This document shows, in pieces, positions 7,705 to 15,819 of a stretch of DNA of 38,407 nt. Position numbers and translations under genes: made by a program. The stretch's first letter is position 1, and each line of letters opens with the position of its first letter. Source of the DNA: Kiritimatiellia bacterium (GTDB lineage: Bacteria; Verrucomicrobiota; Kiritimatiellia; CAIQIC01; Lenti-01). The DNA is taken from positions 1 to 38,407 of the forward strand of contig JAZQOP010000231.1 of NCBI GenBank assembly GCA_045627965.1, read 5' to 3'. The notes beneath the pieces are model-generated. The model had not been told where the DNA came from. It ran no database searches and worked only from the letters and a program-made list of their open reading frames with translations.

Positions 7705-9021
7705 TTACCAATGTGCAGGCGTTCTCGTGCCTGTTCCAGACAAACCGACTGAAATCATCTCCGGGGAACCATGCCTCGAAAGGCCATATACCTCGCGGTT
7801 CGGCAAGTCTTCCGCATCTTGCCGAACAATTCCGTACATGAGAAGTCGTTGTAGCAACTGAGGCTGTGTCAAGCCTGGAGCATATCCTCCATTGAGGGCT
7901 TCTCCGCACCAATCTCCCGGAAGCCAAGCTTGGCGAATGGGATCATTCGGCAAAAATATGGAAGGATTGGTTGCGGGCCATGACTTGTAAATATCTGCCA
8001 AGCCGCAGGCATGTCCCAACTCATGGGCTAATGTCCTTGCACTTGCGTTACTTGCGATCGTTAGTCCAGCGGTCACATCGTTTGGCCCCCATTGTAGTCC
8101 AACATAATGGTTACTTTGGAAGTTCTCGATGCAATACACCTCGATTCCACCGGTATGGCTAGACCAAGACTGAAGTTGCCCATATTCGAGCCAATTGTCG
8201 GATGTCGATATCTCCTGCCAATCTGTTTTGTTGGTATACAGCACATTGCCCGCCAACTGGAACTCGATGCCAGCCTGTTCCCAAACCTGGTTGGCACCGG
8301 ACAAGAGGGTTTGAAAATGCGGCACGGTAGTGGCAGGATTTTGCCCGTTGTCGTCGCGGACAATGTGCAGATAGACGGGAACTGTCTTCTTTTCCAGGAT
8401 GGTCCCGTGCAGTTTGGCGGGGGCCATCGTGCTGTCCTGCACCGTGACGGCGGCCTCCCAATCCACGGGCTGCGTTCCGGCCAATTGCACCGAGCGCCCG
8501 TTCGTGCCCCCGCCGACGAACGACATCCCGGCATTCGTGCAGTTCCAGCCGATGGCCGAATCCGGAACATTCGTCGGCAGCACGGTCGCCTGGCATGTAA
8601 ACACGTGGCCAGAACTCGCGCCCGACGGATTGACGACCAACGGCGCCCCGTTCGTGTTGACATGCTCCAGACGGATGTCCAACGGCACCCACCACCCCCT
8701 TTCGATGCGGAAGGGGTTGTCGGCGTTTCCCAGGCACACTTCGTTGGGACCTCCGTTGGGCAGGTCCGGCCAATCGTACAGGGCAAAGTGGATGCTCCCG
8801 TTCGTCAGGTCCGTCACATGCTCCGTCACGTCGAGATTAGAAAGGACCTTGGCGCCCTGCGTCCAGGCCACTTGATTGCCGTCCACCGTGATGGCGTCGT
8901 CCACCAGTCCCGACAGCGTCACCTTGTGCAAAATGGCGTTGGTCCACGGGCGGTTGCCCATGACGCCGAAAGACGCAATCAGGACGGACTGGAGTGGACG
9001 GCCACGCAGTCTGATCGCCAA
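7705..9021 (-). CDS. Metzincin-like zinc metalloprotease domain (C-terminal part of a split gene)
   Basis: HELGHACGLAD (HExxHxxGxxD) followed ~50 aa later by LLMYG (Met-turn-like). No signal peptide of its own; the true start is undefined because of the frame break with 8837-9541. Confidence 0.75.
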   Translation of the reverse strand: MAIRLRGRPLQSVLIASFGVMGNRPWTNAILHKVTLSGLVDDAITVDGNQVAWTQGAKVLSNLDVTEHVTDLTNGSIHFALYDWPDLPNGGPNEVCLGNADNPFRIERGWWVPLDIRLEHVNTNGAPLVVNPSGASSGHVFTCQATVLPTNVPDSAIGWNCTNAGMSFVGGGTNGRSVQLAGTQPVDWEAAVTVQDSTMAPAKLHGTILEKKTVPVYLHIVRDDNGQNPATTVPHFQTLLSGANQVWEQAGIEFQLAGNVLYTNKTDWQEISTSDNWLEYGQLQSWSSHTGGIEVYCIENFQSNHYVGLQWGPNDVTAGLTIASNASARTLAHELGHACGLADIYKSWPATNPSIFLPNDPIRQAWLPGDWCGEALNGGYAPGLTQPQLLQRLLMYGIVRQDAEDLPNREVYGLSRHGSPEMISVGLSGTGTRTPAHW

Positions 9022-9541
9022 GATATTGATGACACAAATTCGTCCACTTGTTCGTCGTCTTCACGCTCCACCACACGTTCGACGCGGCGGGGTCCAGCCC
9101 GGCGGCGTATTCCGTGGCGTCGTCGACGCCGTCGCCGTCGGAATCCGGACTGTTCGTGCTGGTGTGCAACGCAACCGCTTCGAAGACGTCGTTCAAGCCG
9201 TCGCCGTCGCGCAACACCGTGTCCCCGCCTGCCCGGTCCGAAGAAAAAGGAACCACCCACGTCGCCAAGTTACGCTCCGCCGCCGCTGCATCCCATGACG
9301 CGGAAAACTCCTCCCAAGCCGCCGGAACATCCCCGATGTCCTGCACCACGGCCCCGTTTCCGGGCGTCATGCGCCGGAACTGGTTGCGGAGGATTTCCAG
9401 GCGCTCCGCCAAATCCTCCTCCCCTAGCACGACAGCATCTTCGAAATCGTCCGCTGCATCTCGGGACTCCGTGCCCGTGCCCGACGCGACGGCCACGCCG
9501 ACCACTATCGCCGCTCCCAATGTCCAGAAAAGACTTTTCAT
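8837..9541 (-). CDS. Secreted N-terminal fragment with calcium-binding TSP3-type repeats (probably the N-terminal part of the protease gene)
   Basis: GGAG-N8-ATG at 9541; MKSLFWTLGAAIVVGVAVASG signal peptide; DGDGLNDVFE and DSDGDGVDDATEYAAGLDP motifs. The last ~60 codons look non-protein-like and overlap the open frame of 7705-9021. Confidence 0.65.
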   Translation of the reverse strand: MKSLFWTLGAAIVVGVAVASGTGTESRDAADDFEDAVVLGEEDLAERLEILRNQFRRMTPGNGAVVQDIGDVPAAWEEFSASWDAAAAERNLATWVVPFSSDRAGGDTVLRDGDGLNDVFEAVALHTSTNSPDSDGDGVDDATEYAAGLDPAASNVWWSVKTTNKWTNLCHQYLGDQTAWPSTPVRPDCVFRRHGQPPVDQRHFAQGDAVGTGGRRHHGGRQSSGLDAGRQGPF

Positions 9542-9680
9542 GTTATTCACTCCCCACGGACGGCAGGGTAGAATCCCGAGCCCGAACTGTCAACCTAAAT
9601 TCCTCTTTTGGATTGTTAGCTGTGAGTTGTACAAAGAGACCGGACAGGGACACACTGCCCACGGGTGGGGGGCGACGAGA

Positions 9681-9714
9681 GGGCTTCTGGCACCCAATTG
9701 GGTGCCAGAAGCCC
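9681..9714. repeat. 34-bp perfect palindrome
   Basis: GGGCTTCTGGCACCCAATTGGGTGCCAGAAGCCC equals its own reverse complement (checked base by base); 140-173 nt upstream of the ATG at 9541. Confidence 0.95.
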
Positions 9715-9864
9715 GAGCGTCGATCCCTACCCATCATGTGCTTGCACAACCTGCCCCCATCCGCCGCGGAACGCAAACGCCAATTGACCATGGAGAAGCG
9801 TTTGCAGATCGAATGCCTCTACAACCGGAACCTGCGTCTCCTCTATTTTGCCGCCTTCCCCCTC

Positions 9865-9896
9865 GTGAGATTATGGTGGAACATTGGGGTTTTTGC
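9865..9896 (+). repeat. Intergenic repeat, copy C (inverted relative to A/B)
   Basis: GTGAGATTATGGTGGAACATTGGGGTTTTTGC matches the reverse complement of 179-210 at 27 of 32 positions. A second related piece, GGATTTTGCGAATTCGTAGGCGG, lies at 10031-10053. Confidence 0.75.
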
Positions 9897-10202
9897 ATTT
9901 CTTCTGGCTCGATGGGACCAGCTTGAGGCAACCATTCGGCGGCCCTGCGGCAGGGCGCAATCGGGACCGAAGGCGGCCCGCCCGGAAATCGGGCCCTACC
10001 GAAAGAGGCCGAAATGGAACACGGATTCGAGGATTTTGCGAATTCGTAGGCGGGGCGAATGGGAAAACCAGCATGGACCGTCATTTGGGAATCATGCGGA
10101 AAGACGCAGGGGAGCCGAATTCCCCCCGCTCAGCCTTTTGCCGCGCCCATTCCAGCAAAGCCCTGTTCCTCCGGGGCGGGGCCACCCATCTGGCGGCAGG
10201 AC

Positions 10203-10236
10203 AAAAAAAGGCGCACCCTTTTGGGTGCGCCTTTTT
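10203..10236 (-). terminator. Bidirectional intrinsic terminator after secY
   Basis: GGCGCACCC-TTTT-GGGTGCGCC hairpin (10210-10231) flanked by A7 (10203-10209) and T5 (10232-10236), 19 nt after the secY stop. Confidence 0.85.
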
Positions 10237-10254
10237 CGCTCTGCAGGGACCGGA

Positions 10255-11601
10255 CTAGCGGCGGCTGCGGAGGTGGCCCTTGCGGAGGAATCCGTCGTAG
10301 TGGCGCGTCACCAGGTGCGACTCGACCTGGCGCATCGTGTCGAGCATGACGCCGACGATGATGAGCAGGGACGTGCCGCCGAAGAACTGCGCAACCAAGG
10401 GCGGAATTTTCAGCATGGCATTCAGGATGATCGGCAGGACGGCGATGATCGTCAGAAAGATGGCGCCGGCCAGGGTGATGCGGGTCATGGTCTTGTCCAG
10501 AAACTCCGCGGTGGGCTTGCCGGGGCGGATGCCCGGGACGTAGCCGCCGTACTTCTTGAGGTCGTCCGCGATCTGGACGGGGTGGAACTGCGTGGCCACC
10601 CAGAAGTAGGAGAAGAACAGGATCATGAGCCCGTAGACCGTGATGTAGAAGAACGACGCCTCGCGCACCAGGTGGGTCTGGGCGAACGCCTTCGTGGCGG
10701 GAATCCATTCCAGGACCTTGCCGATGAACATCAAGATCGCCGAGGCGAAGATGATGGGCATGACGCCGGAGTAGTTCACGCGCAGCGGCATGTACGTGCT
10801 CTGCCCGCCGTAGGTCTTGCGGCCGACGACGCGCTTGGCGTACTGGACCGGTATCTTCCGCTGTGCCTGCGTCACCGCGACCACCCCGGCAATGACCAGG
10901 AAGGCCAGCACGACGATGACCACCAGCTTGAAGATGTTGGCGTCGCCCGTGCGGAACATCGCGACCGTCTGCTCGATGGCGCCCGGAAGGCGGCTCACGA
11001 TGCTGACGGTGATGATCAGGGAGATGCCGTTGCCGATTCCGCGGGCCGTGATCTGCTCGCCGAACCACATCAGCAGCATCGTGCCCGTGGTCATCGCCAT
11101 CACGCCGAGCAGCAGGAACGGAACCCGGTCCAGCAGGACGATCCGCTCCCCTTCCATCGCCTGGAGGCCGAGGGCCCCCGGGTTCAGCAGGGCGGCCGCG
11201 AAGCCAATGCCCTGCACAAGGCAGAGGAAGACAGTCAGATAGCGTCCGTACTGGATGATCTTCTGGCGGCCGCTGTCGCCTTCGCGGGCCAGCCGCTCCA
11301 GCGAGGGAATGACCGCCGTCATCAGCTGCAGGATGATGGAGGCGCTGATGCTGGGCATGATGCCGAGGGCGCCGACGGCGGCCGCCGTCAACGCACCCCC
11401 GCTGAACAGGTCCAGCAGACCCAGGAAGCCCACGCCACCGTTCTGCGTCATGCGGTCGACGATGCCCTGGAGGGCGACGACATCCACGCCGGGCAGCGGG
11501 ATCACCGCCAGCATACGGCAGAGGAACAGCATGGCGCACGTGAAGAAGATGCGCTGGCGAAGCTCCGGGATCTTGAGCGAATTGGAAAAGGCGGAAAGCA
11601 T
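10255..11601 (-). CDS. secY: Preprotein translocase subunit SecY
   Basis: 448 aa, multi-pass membrane protein with typical SecY sequence, positioned after rplO. Confidence 0.97.
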   Translation of the reverse strand: MLSAFSNSLKIPELRQRIFFTCAMLFLCRMLAVIPLPGVDVVALQGIVDRMTQNGGVGFLGLLDLFSGGALTAAAVGALGIMPSISASIILQLMTAVIPSLERLAREGDSGRQKIIQYGRYLTVFLCLVQGIGFAAALLNPGALGLQAMEGERIVLLDRVPFLLLGVMAMTTGTMLLMWFGEQITARGIGNGISLIITVSIVSRLPGAIEQTVAMFRTGDANIFKLVVIVVLAFLVIAGVVAVTQAQRKIPVQYAKRVVGRKTYGGQSTYMPLRVNYSGVMPIIFASAILMFIGKVLEWIPATKAFAQTHLVREASFFYITVYGLMILFFSYFWVATQFHPVQIADDLKKYGGYVPGIRPGKPTAEFLDKTMTRITLAGAIFLTIIAVLPIILNAMLKIPPLVAQFFGGTSLLIIVGVMLDTMRQVESHLVTRHYDGFLRKGHLRSRR

Positions 11602-11623
11602 CTAAGCTCCTTTCGTCAAGGGC

Positions 11624-12088
11624 CTAGGCGTTTTCAGGCTTCTCTTCTTCGGCGCCGATGACGACGCAGGTACCGCCGGCCGCCTCGATCTTCGCCTTGG
11701 CAGAGGCGGAGAAGGCGTGGGCGACGACCTTGCGGGCTTCGGCGACTTCGCCGCCGCCGAGGATCTTGACCAGGTCCTTCTTGGAAATGCGGCCGGCCTC
11801 GAACAGGGCGGCAGGCGTGATGTCGCCCTTGATCGTCACCGCCAGCTCGCCGATGTTGAGGGCGGCGAACTCGACGCGGTTGGGGCTGGTGAAGCCGCGC
11901 TTCGGGATGCGACGGATCAGCTTCATCTGGCCGCCTTCGAACAGGGGCTTGTGCTTGTGGCCGGTACGGCTCATCTGGCCCTTGTTGCCCTTGCCGGAAG
12001 TGCGGCCGGCGCCGGAGGACTCGCCGCGGCCGACGCGCATGCGCGCGGTCTTGGCGCCCTTGACGTTCTTCAGTTCGTTCAACTTCAT
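11624..12088 (-). CDS. rplO: 50S ribosomal protein L15
   Basis: 154 aa; GRGESSGAGRTSGKGNKGQ and IPKRGF motifs. Confidence 0.96.
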   Translation of the reverse strand: MKLNELKNVKGAKTARMRVGRGESSGAGRTSGKGNKGQMSRTGHKHKPLFEGGQMKLIRRIPKRGFTSPNRVEFAALNIGELAVTIKGDITPAALFEAGRISKKDLVKILGGGEVAEARKVVAHAFSASAKAKIEAAGGTCVVIGAEEEKPENA

Positions 12089-12098
12089 GGAAAACTCC

Positions 12099-12605
12099 TT
12101 ACTGGCGCAGGGCCAGGGTTTCTTCGCGGGAACGGAGCTGCAGAAGCCCGTCCATGGTGGCCTTGACGACGTTCAGCGCGCCGCCCGCGCCAAGGCTCTT
12201 GGCCAGGACGTCGCGGACGCCGGAGAGGTCGAGGACGGCGCGGGCGCCGCCGCCGGCGATGACGCCGGTACCCTTGGACGCAGGCTTGAGCATGACGCGC
12301 GAGGCGCCGCAGCGGCCGATGACCTCGTGCGGGATGGTGCGGTCGTTCAGGACGATCTTGACCATCGCGCGGCGGGCCATGTCCGTCGCCTTGCGGATCG
12401 CATCGGCGTTTTCGCGGGCCTTGCCGAGCGCGTAGCCGACCTGGCCGTTGCCATCGCCGACCACGACGAGCGCGGAAAAGCTGAACCGGCGGCCGCCCTT
12501 GACGACCTTGGCGCAGCGGTTGACCTGCACGACGCGCTCCTGGATGCCGTCGGTCTTCTGGAAGTCGTCGGACTTCCGTTCACGTTTGCGGATTTCTTCT
12601 GCCAT
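12099..12605 (-). CDS. rpsE: 30S ribosomal protein S5
   Basis: Start at internal ATG 12605 with AGGAGGA upstream; VNRCAKVVKGGRRFSF and GVIAGGGARAV motifs. Confidence 0.95.
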   Translation of the reverse strand: MAEEIRKRERKSDDFQKTDGIQERVVQVNRCAKVVKGGRRFSFSALVVVGDGNGQVGYALGKARENADAIRKATDMARRAMVKIVLNDRTIPHEVIGRCGASRVMLKPASKGTGVIAGGGARAVLDLSGVRDVLAKSLGAGGALNVVKATMDGLLQLRSREETLALRQ

Positions 12606-12618
12606 GGGGGCTATCCTC

Positions 12619-12975
12619 CTAGAAAACGAGACCGGCTTCGCGGGCGGCGTCGGCCAGGGCGCGAAGACGCTTGCTGTAGACGAAACCGCCACGGTCGAAC
12701 ACCACGGTCGTGATGCCCTTGGCCTTGGCGGCGGCCGCGGCGGCGGCCCCGAGGGCCTTCGCCGTCTCGGCGTTCAACGGGGCGCCCTTGAGCTCGCCGG
12801 CGAGCGTGGACGCCGACGCGAGGGTCTGGGCGGCCGTGTCGTCGATGAACTGGACGTAGGCGTGCTTGTTGGACAGGAAGACGCTCATGCGGGGGCGCTC
12901 GGCCGTCCCGCTCACCTTGCGGCGGAGGCGGAGGTGCCGACGGACGCGATAATCCTTGAGATTCTTGACTTTCAT
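12619..12975 (-). CDS. rplR: 50S ribosomal protein L18
   Basis: 118 aa; RPRMSVFLSNKHAYVQ and VVFDRGGFVYSKRLRALADAAREAGL. Confidence 0.96.
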   Translation of the reverse strand: MKVKNLKDYRVRRHLRLRRKVSGTAERPRMSVFLSNKHAYVQFIDDTAAQTLASASTLAGELKGAPLNAETAKALGAAAAAAAKAKGITTVVFDRGGFVYSKRLRALADAAREAGLVF

Positions 12976-13511
12976 TATGCCACCGTCTTTCCGGCCTTGC
13001 GGCGCACGTGCTCATCCTTGTAGCGAATCCCCTTGCCCTTGTAGGGCTCGGGCGGGCAGAAGGCGCGGATACGGGCCGCGACCTGTCCGACCAGCTGCTT
13101 GTCGATGCCTTCGACCTTGAGGTTGACGCCGTCGGTCACGGTGACCTTCACGCCGTCGGGGACCACGTAGTCGATGGGGTGGGAGAAGCCCACGTTCATG
13201 TTCAGCGCCTGGCCGCTGATGGAGGCGCGGTAGCCGACGCCCTGGATCTCGAGCTCGCGGGCATAGCCGGACACGACGCCGACGACCATGTTCTCGACGA
13301 GGGCGCGGATGGTGCCGTGGGAGGCGCGGGACTGCTTGTCGTCGCCCTTGCGGGTGACGGTGAGGACGCCGTCCTGGACGGACACCTCGATGAAGGCGGG
13401 GACCGCGAGGGTCAGCTCGCCCTTGGGGCCCTTGACGGCGACAGAGCCGTCGGCCACGGAAACGCTAACCGCCTGGGGCAGCGTCAACGGTTTCTTGCCA
13501 ATACGGGACAT
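12975..13511 (-). CDS. rplF: 50S ribosomal protein L6
   Basis: MSRIGKKPLTLP start at ATG 13511; TAATG overlap with rplR. Confidence 0.96.
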   Translation of the reverse strand: MSRIGKKPLTLPQAVSVSVADGSVAVKGPKGELTLAVPAFIEVSVQDGVLTVTRKGDDKQSRASHGTIRALVENMVVGVVSGYARELEIQGVGYRASISGQALNMNVGFSHPIDYVVPDGVKVTVTDGVNLKVEGIDKQLVGQVAARIRAFCPPEPYKGKGIRYKDEHVRRKAGKTVA

Positions 13512-13528
13512 TGTTTCGACCTTTCTGG

Positions 13529-13927
13529 TTACCAGACCTGGCAAAGCACTTCGCCGCCGACGTTGGCCGCACGGGCTTCGCGATCGGACATGATGCCGCG
13601 GCTGGTGCTGAGGACTGCGGTGCCCAGGCCGCCACGGACGCGCGGGACGTCGGCGGCGCCGACGTAGCGGCGCAGGCCGGGCTTCGACACGCGGTGGATC
13701 GCCTGGATCACGGGTTTGTCTTCACGATCGTACTTGAGCGTCAGACGGAGGGTCTTCTTGCCGTCGGAGAGGCCTTCGGCGGTCTCGGCGATGTAGCCTT
13801 CCTTCTTCAGCGTGCGGGCGATTTCCGCCTTCAGGCGGGAATGGCTCATCTCGACGGCCGGCAGGCCGGCGCGGCTGGCGTTGCGGATGCGGGTGAGCAT
13901 GTCCGCGATAGGATCAGAGCAACTCAT
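13529..13927 (-). CDS. rpsH: 30S ribosomal protein S8
   Basis: 132 aa; DPIADMLTRIRNA N-terminus, GGEVLCQVW C-terminus. Confidence 0.97.
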   Translation of the reverse strand: MSCSDPIADMLTRIRNASRAGLPAVEMSHSRLKAEIARTLKKEGYIAETAEGLSDGKKTLRLTLKYDREDKPVIQAIHRVSKPGLRRYVGAADVPRVRGGLGTAVLSTSRGIMSDREARAANVGGEVLCQVW

Positions 13928-13939
13928 CTTCTTTCCTCC

Positions 13940-14125
13940 CTACCAACTGGCTTTCACCACGCCGGGGATCTTGCCTTCGGAGGCGAGCTCGCGGAAGCAG
14001 ATGCGGCACAGCTGGAACTTGCGGATGTAGGCGCGGGAACGGCCGCACCGACGGCAGCGACGATAGGAACGGACGCCGAACTTCGGGTCGCGCTCCGCCT
14101 TCTTAATCCAAGAAATCTTGGCCAT
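13940..14125 (-). CDS. rpsZ: 30S ribosomal protein S14, zinc-binding type Z
   Basis: 61 aa with CRRCGR ... CRICFRE (two CxxC pairs), ends KASW. Confidence 0.95.
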   Translation of the reverse strand: MAKISWIKKAERDPKFGVRSYRRCRRCGRSRAYIRKFQLCRICFRELASEGKIPGVVKASW

Positions 14126-14141
14126 ATTCTCCTAGCCTTTC

Positions 14142-14681
14142 CTATACGTTGGCGAAGGGCATGCCCAGGAGCTTGAGCAGCTCCTTGGCGTCTGCGTCGG
14201 TCTTCGCCGTGGTTACGATTGTGATGTCCATGCCCTGGACGCGCTTGACCTTGTCGGCCTCGATCTCGGGGAACAGGCTCTGCTCCTTCAGGCCCATCGT
14301 GTAGTTGCCGCGCCCGTCGAAGGACTTCGGGGGGATGCCGCGGAAGTCGCGGATGCGGGGCAGCGTCGCGTGGATGAGGCGCTCGAGGAACTCGTACATG
14401 CGCTCGCCGCGGAGGGTGACCTTCGCGCCGATCGCCATGCCTTCGCGCAGCTTGAAGTTCGAGATGCTCTTCGTCGCCTTCGTGATGGCGGGGCGCTGGC
14501 CGGTGATCTTCGCGATATCGTCCGCCGCCGCCTTCAGCGCGTCGCGGTCCACCAGCGAGTTGACGCCGATGTTGACGACGATCTTCGACAGCTTCGGGAT
14601 GTCCATGACGGACGGGAACTTGCCCGAATCCTTCAGGGCCTTGACGACCTCGTTGTTGTACTTGTCTTTCAGGACAGACAT
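14142..14681 (-). CDS. rplE: 50S ribosomal protein L5
   Basis: 179 aa; typical L5 ([31 protein letters not shown]). Confidence 0.97.
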   Translation of the reverse strand: MSVLKDKYNNEVVKALKDSGKFPSVMDIPKLSKIVVNIGVNSLVDRDALKAAADDIAKITGQRPAITKATKSISNFKLREGMAIGAKVTLRGERMYEFLERLIHATLPRIRDFRGIPPKSFDGRGNYTMGLKEQSLFPEIEADKVKRVQGMDITIVTTAKTDADAKELLKLLGMPFANV

Positions 14682-14684
14682 GGC

Positions 14685-14948
14685 TTACTCCTTCTCCTTC
14701 TTCTCCGCCTTCGTGACGACGGCGAGGTTGGACACCGCGATCGGGGCCTCGCGCCGGACGATGCCGCCGTTCGGGTTGTCGTTGCTCTTGCGGAGGGTCT
14801 TGGTGACGAAGTGCAGGCCTTCGACCAGGGCGCGCCCGGTCTTGGGATACACCTTGAGGACCTTGCCGGTCTTCTTGCCTTCGGCGTCGGCGCCGGAAAT
14901 GGCGCGGACGATGTCGCCGCGGCGGACGTGCAGCTTGGGCTTGTTCAT
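14685..14948 (-). CDS. rplX: 50S ribosomal protein L24
   Basis: Start at internal ATG 14948 (TGATG overlap with the rplN stop); 87 aa with KOW-like RRGDIVRAISGADAEGKKGKVL. Confidence 0.93.
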   Translation of the reverse strand: MNKPKLHVRRGDIVRAISGADAEGKKTGKVLKVYPKTGRALVEGLHFVTKTLRKSNDNPNGGIVRREAPIAVSNLAVVTKAEKKEKE

Positions 14949-15313
14949 CAGAGGACCTCCGGGGCCAGGGAAATGACCTTCATGTAGTTCATGTCGCGAA
15001 GCTCGCGGGCGACAGGGCCGAAGATGCGGCTGCCGCGCGGGTTCTTCTGGTCGTCGATCAGGACGACCGCGTTGTGGTCGAACTTCAGCGTCGAGCCGTC
15101 GGGGCGGTGGATCGGGGCCGCGGTCCGGACGATGAGGGCCTTGTGGACCTCGCCCTTCTTGACCATGCCCACGGGCTGGCACTCGCGGATCGAGACCTTG
15201 ATGATGTCGCCGATCCCGGCGACCGTCTTGCGCTGGCCGAGGACCTTGATGCACTTGGCCAGGCGCGCGCCGGTGTTGTCCGCGACCGGCAGTTCGGTTT
15301 CCATCTGGATCAT
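14948..15313 (-). CDS. rplN: 50S ribosomal protein L14
   Basis: 121 aa; [16 protein letters not shown] and [10 protein letters not shown] motifs. Confidence 0.98.
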   Translation of the reverse strand: MIQMETELPVADNTGARLAKCIKVLGQRKTVAGIGDIIKVSIRECQPVGMVKKGEVHKALIVRTAAPIHRPDGSTLKFDHNAVVLIDDQKNPRGSRIFGPVARELRDMNYMKVISLAPEVL

Positions 15314-15591
15314 GCCTTCACCTCGCTCCCTTCGGCGCGGCCGATGATCTCGACCAGGCGCCAGCGCTTGGTCTTGCTCAGCGGACGGGTCTCGGCGACG
15401 ACGACCTTGTCGCCCTTCTTCGCCTCGTTCTTCTCGTCATGGACGTAGTATTTCTTGCTGCGGCGCAGGATCTTGCCATACACCGGATGCGTGATGCGGC
15501 GCTCGGCCGAGACCACCACGGTCTTGTTCATGGCATCGCTCACCACGATGCCCACGCGCTGTTTGCGTGTGTTGGTGCGTTCTTCGCTCAT
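15310..15591 (-). CDS. rpsQ: 30S ribosomal protein S17
   Basis: 93 aa; [29 protein letters not shown]; ATGA overlap with rplN. Confidence 0.96.
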   Translation of the reverse strand: MSEERTNTRKQRVGIVVSDAMNKTVVVSAERRITHPVYGKILRRSKKYYVHDEKNEAKKGDKVVVAETRPLSKTKRWRLVEIIGRAEGSEVKA

Positions 15592-15595
15592 ATCG

Positions 15596-15790
15596 TTATG
15601 CTTCCTTCTTGGCCTCGTTGAGGACGGTGCGGATGCGGGCGACCTCGCGGCGCGCGAACCGCAGCTGGACAGGCTTCTCGAGCTGCCCGGTGGCCTTCTG
15701 CTGGAGCAGCTTGGCCAGCTCGGCCTCGGCTTCGACGAGCCGCTGGGCCTGCTCTTCGGCGCTCAAATCCCGGATTTCCTTCGCTTTCAT
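15596..15790 (-). CDS. rpmC: 50S ribosomal protein L29
   Basis: 64 aa from internal ATG 15790: [13 protein letters not shown]... Confidence 0.93.
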   Translation of the reverse strand: MKAKEIRDLSAEEQAQRLVEAEAELAKLLQQKATGQLEKPVQLRFARREVARIRTVLNEAKKEA

Positions 15791-15819
15791 GGATGTCGTC
15801 TCCTTCGGTTCGGGGGGGG

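Noticed and set aside
9687-9702. Sigma54 promoter (TGGCAC-N5-TTGC) inside the palindrome
   Set aside because: TGGCAC is present on both strands, but the -12 element reads TGGG instead of TTGC (the invariant GC is missing). The match is a by-product of the palindrome.
8107-11661. Very long ORFs antisense or off-frame to known genes. Examples: 8107-11661 (+, 1184 aa), 17519-20623 (+, 1034 aa), 30005-32956 (+, the upstream part of the 1524-aa ORF), 24091-26106 (-), 26510-28945 (-), 34576-36588 (-), 21423-23036 (-)
   Set aside because: Their translations are Arg/Pro/Gly/Ala-rich low-complexity strings with no motifs. They overlap genes that have unmistakable homology (ribosomal proteins, secY, uvrC, dinG, GH13, MBOAT). 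Long stop-free alternative frames are expected at this G+C content.
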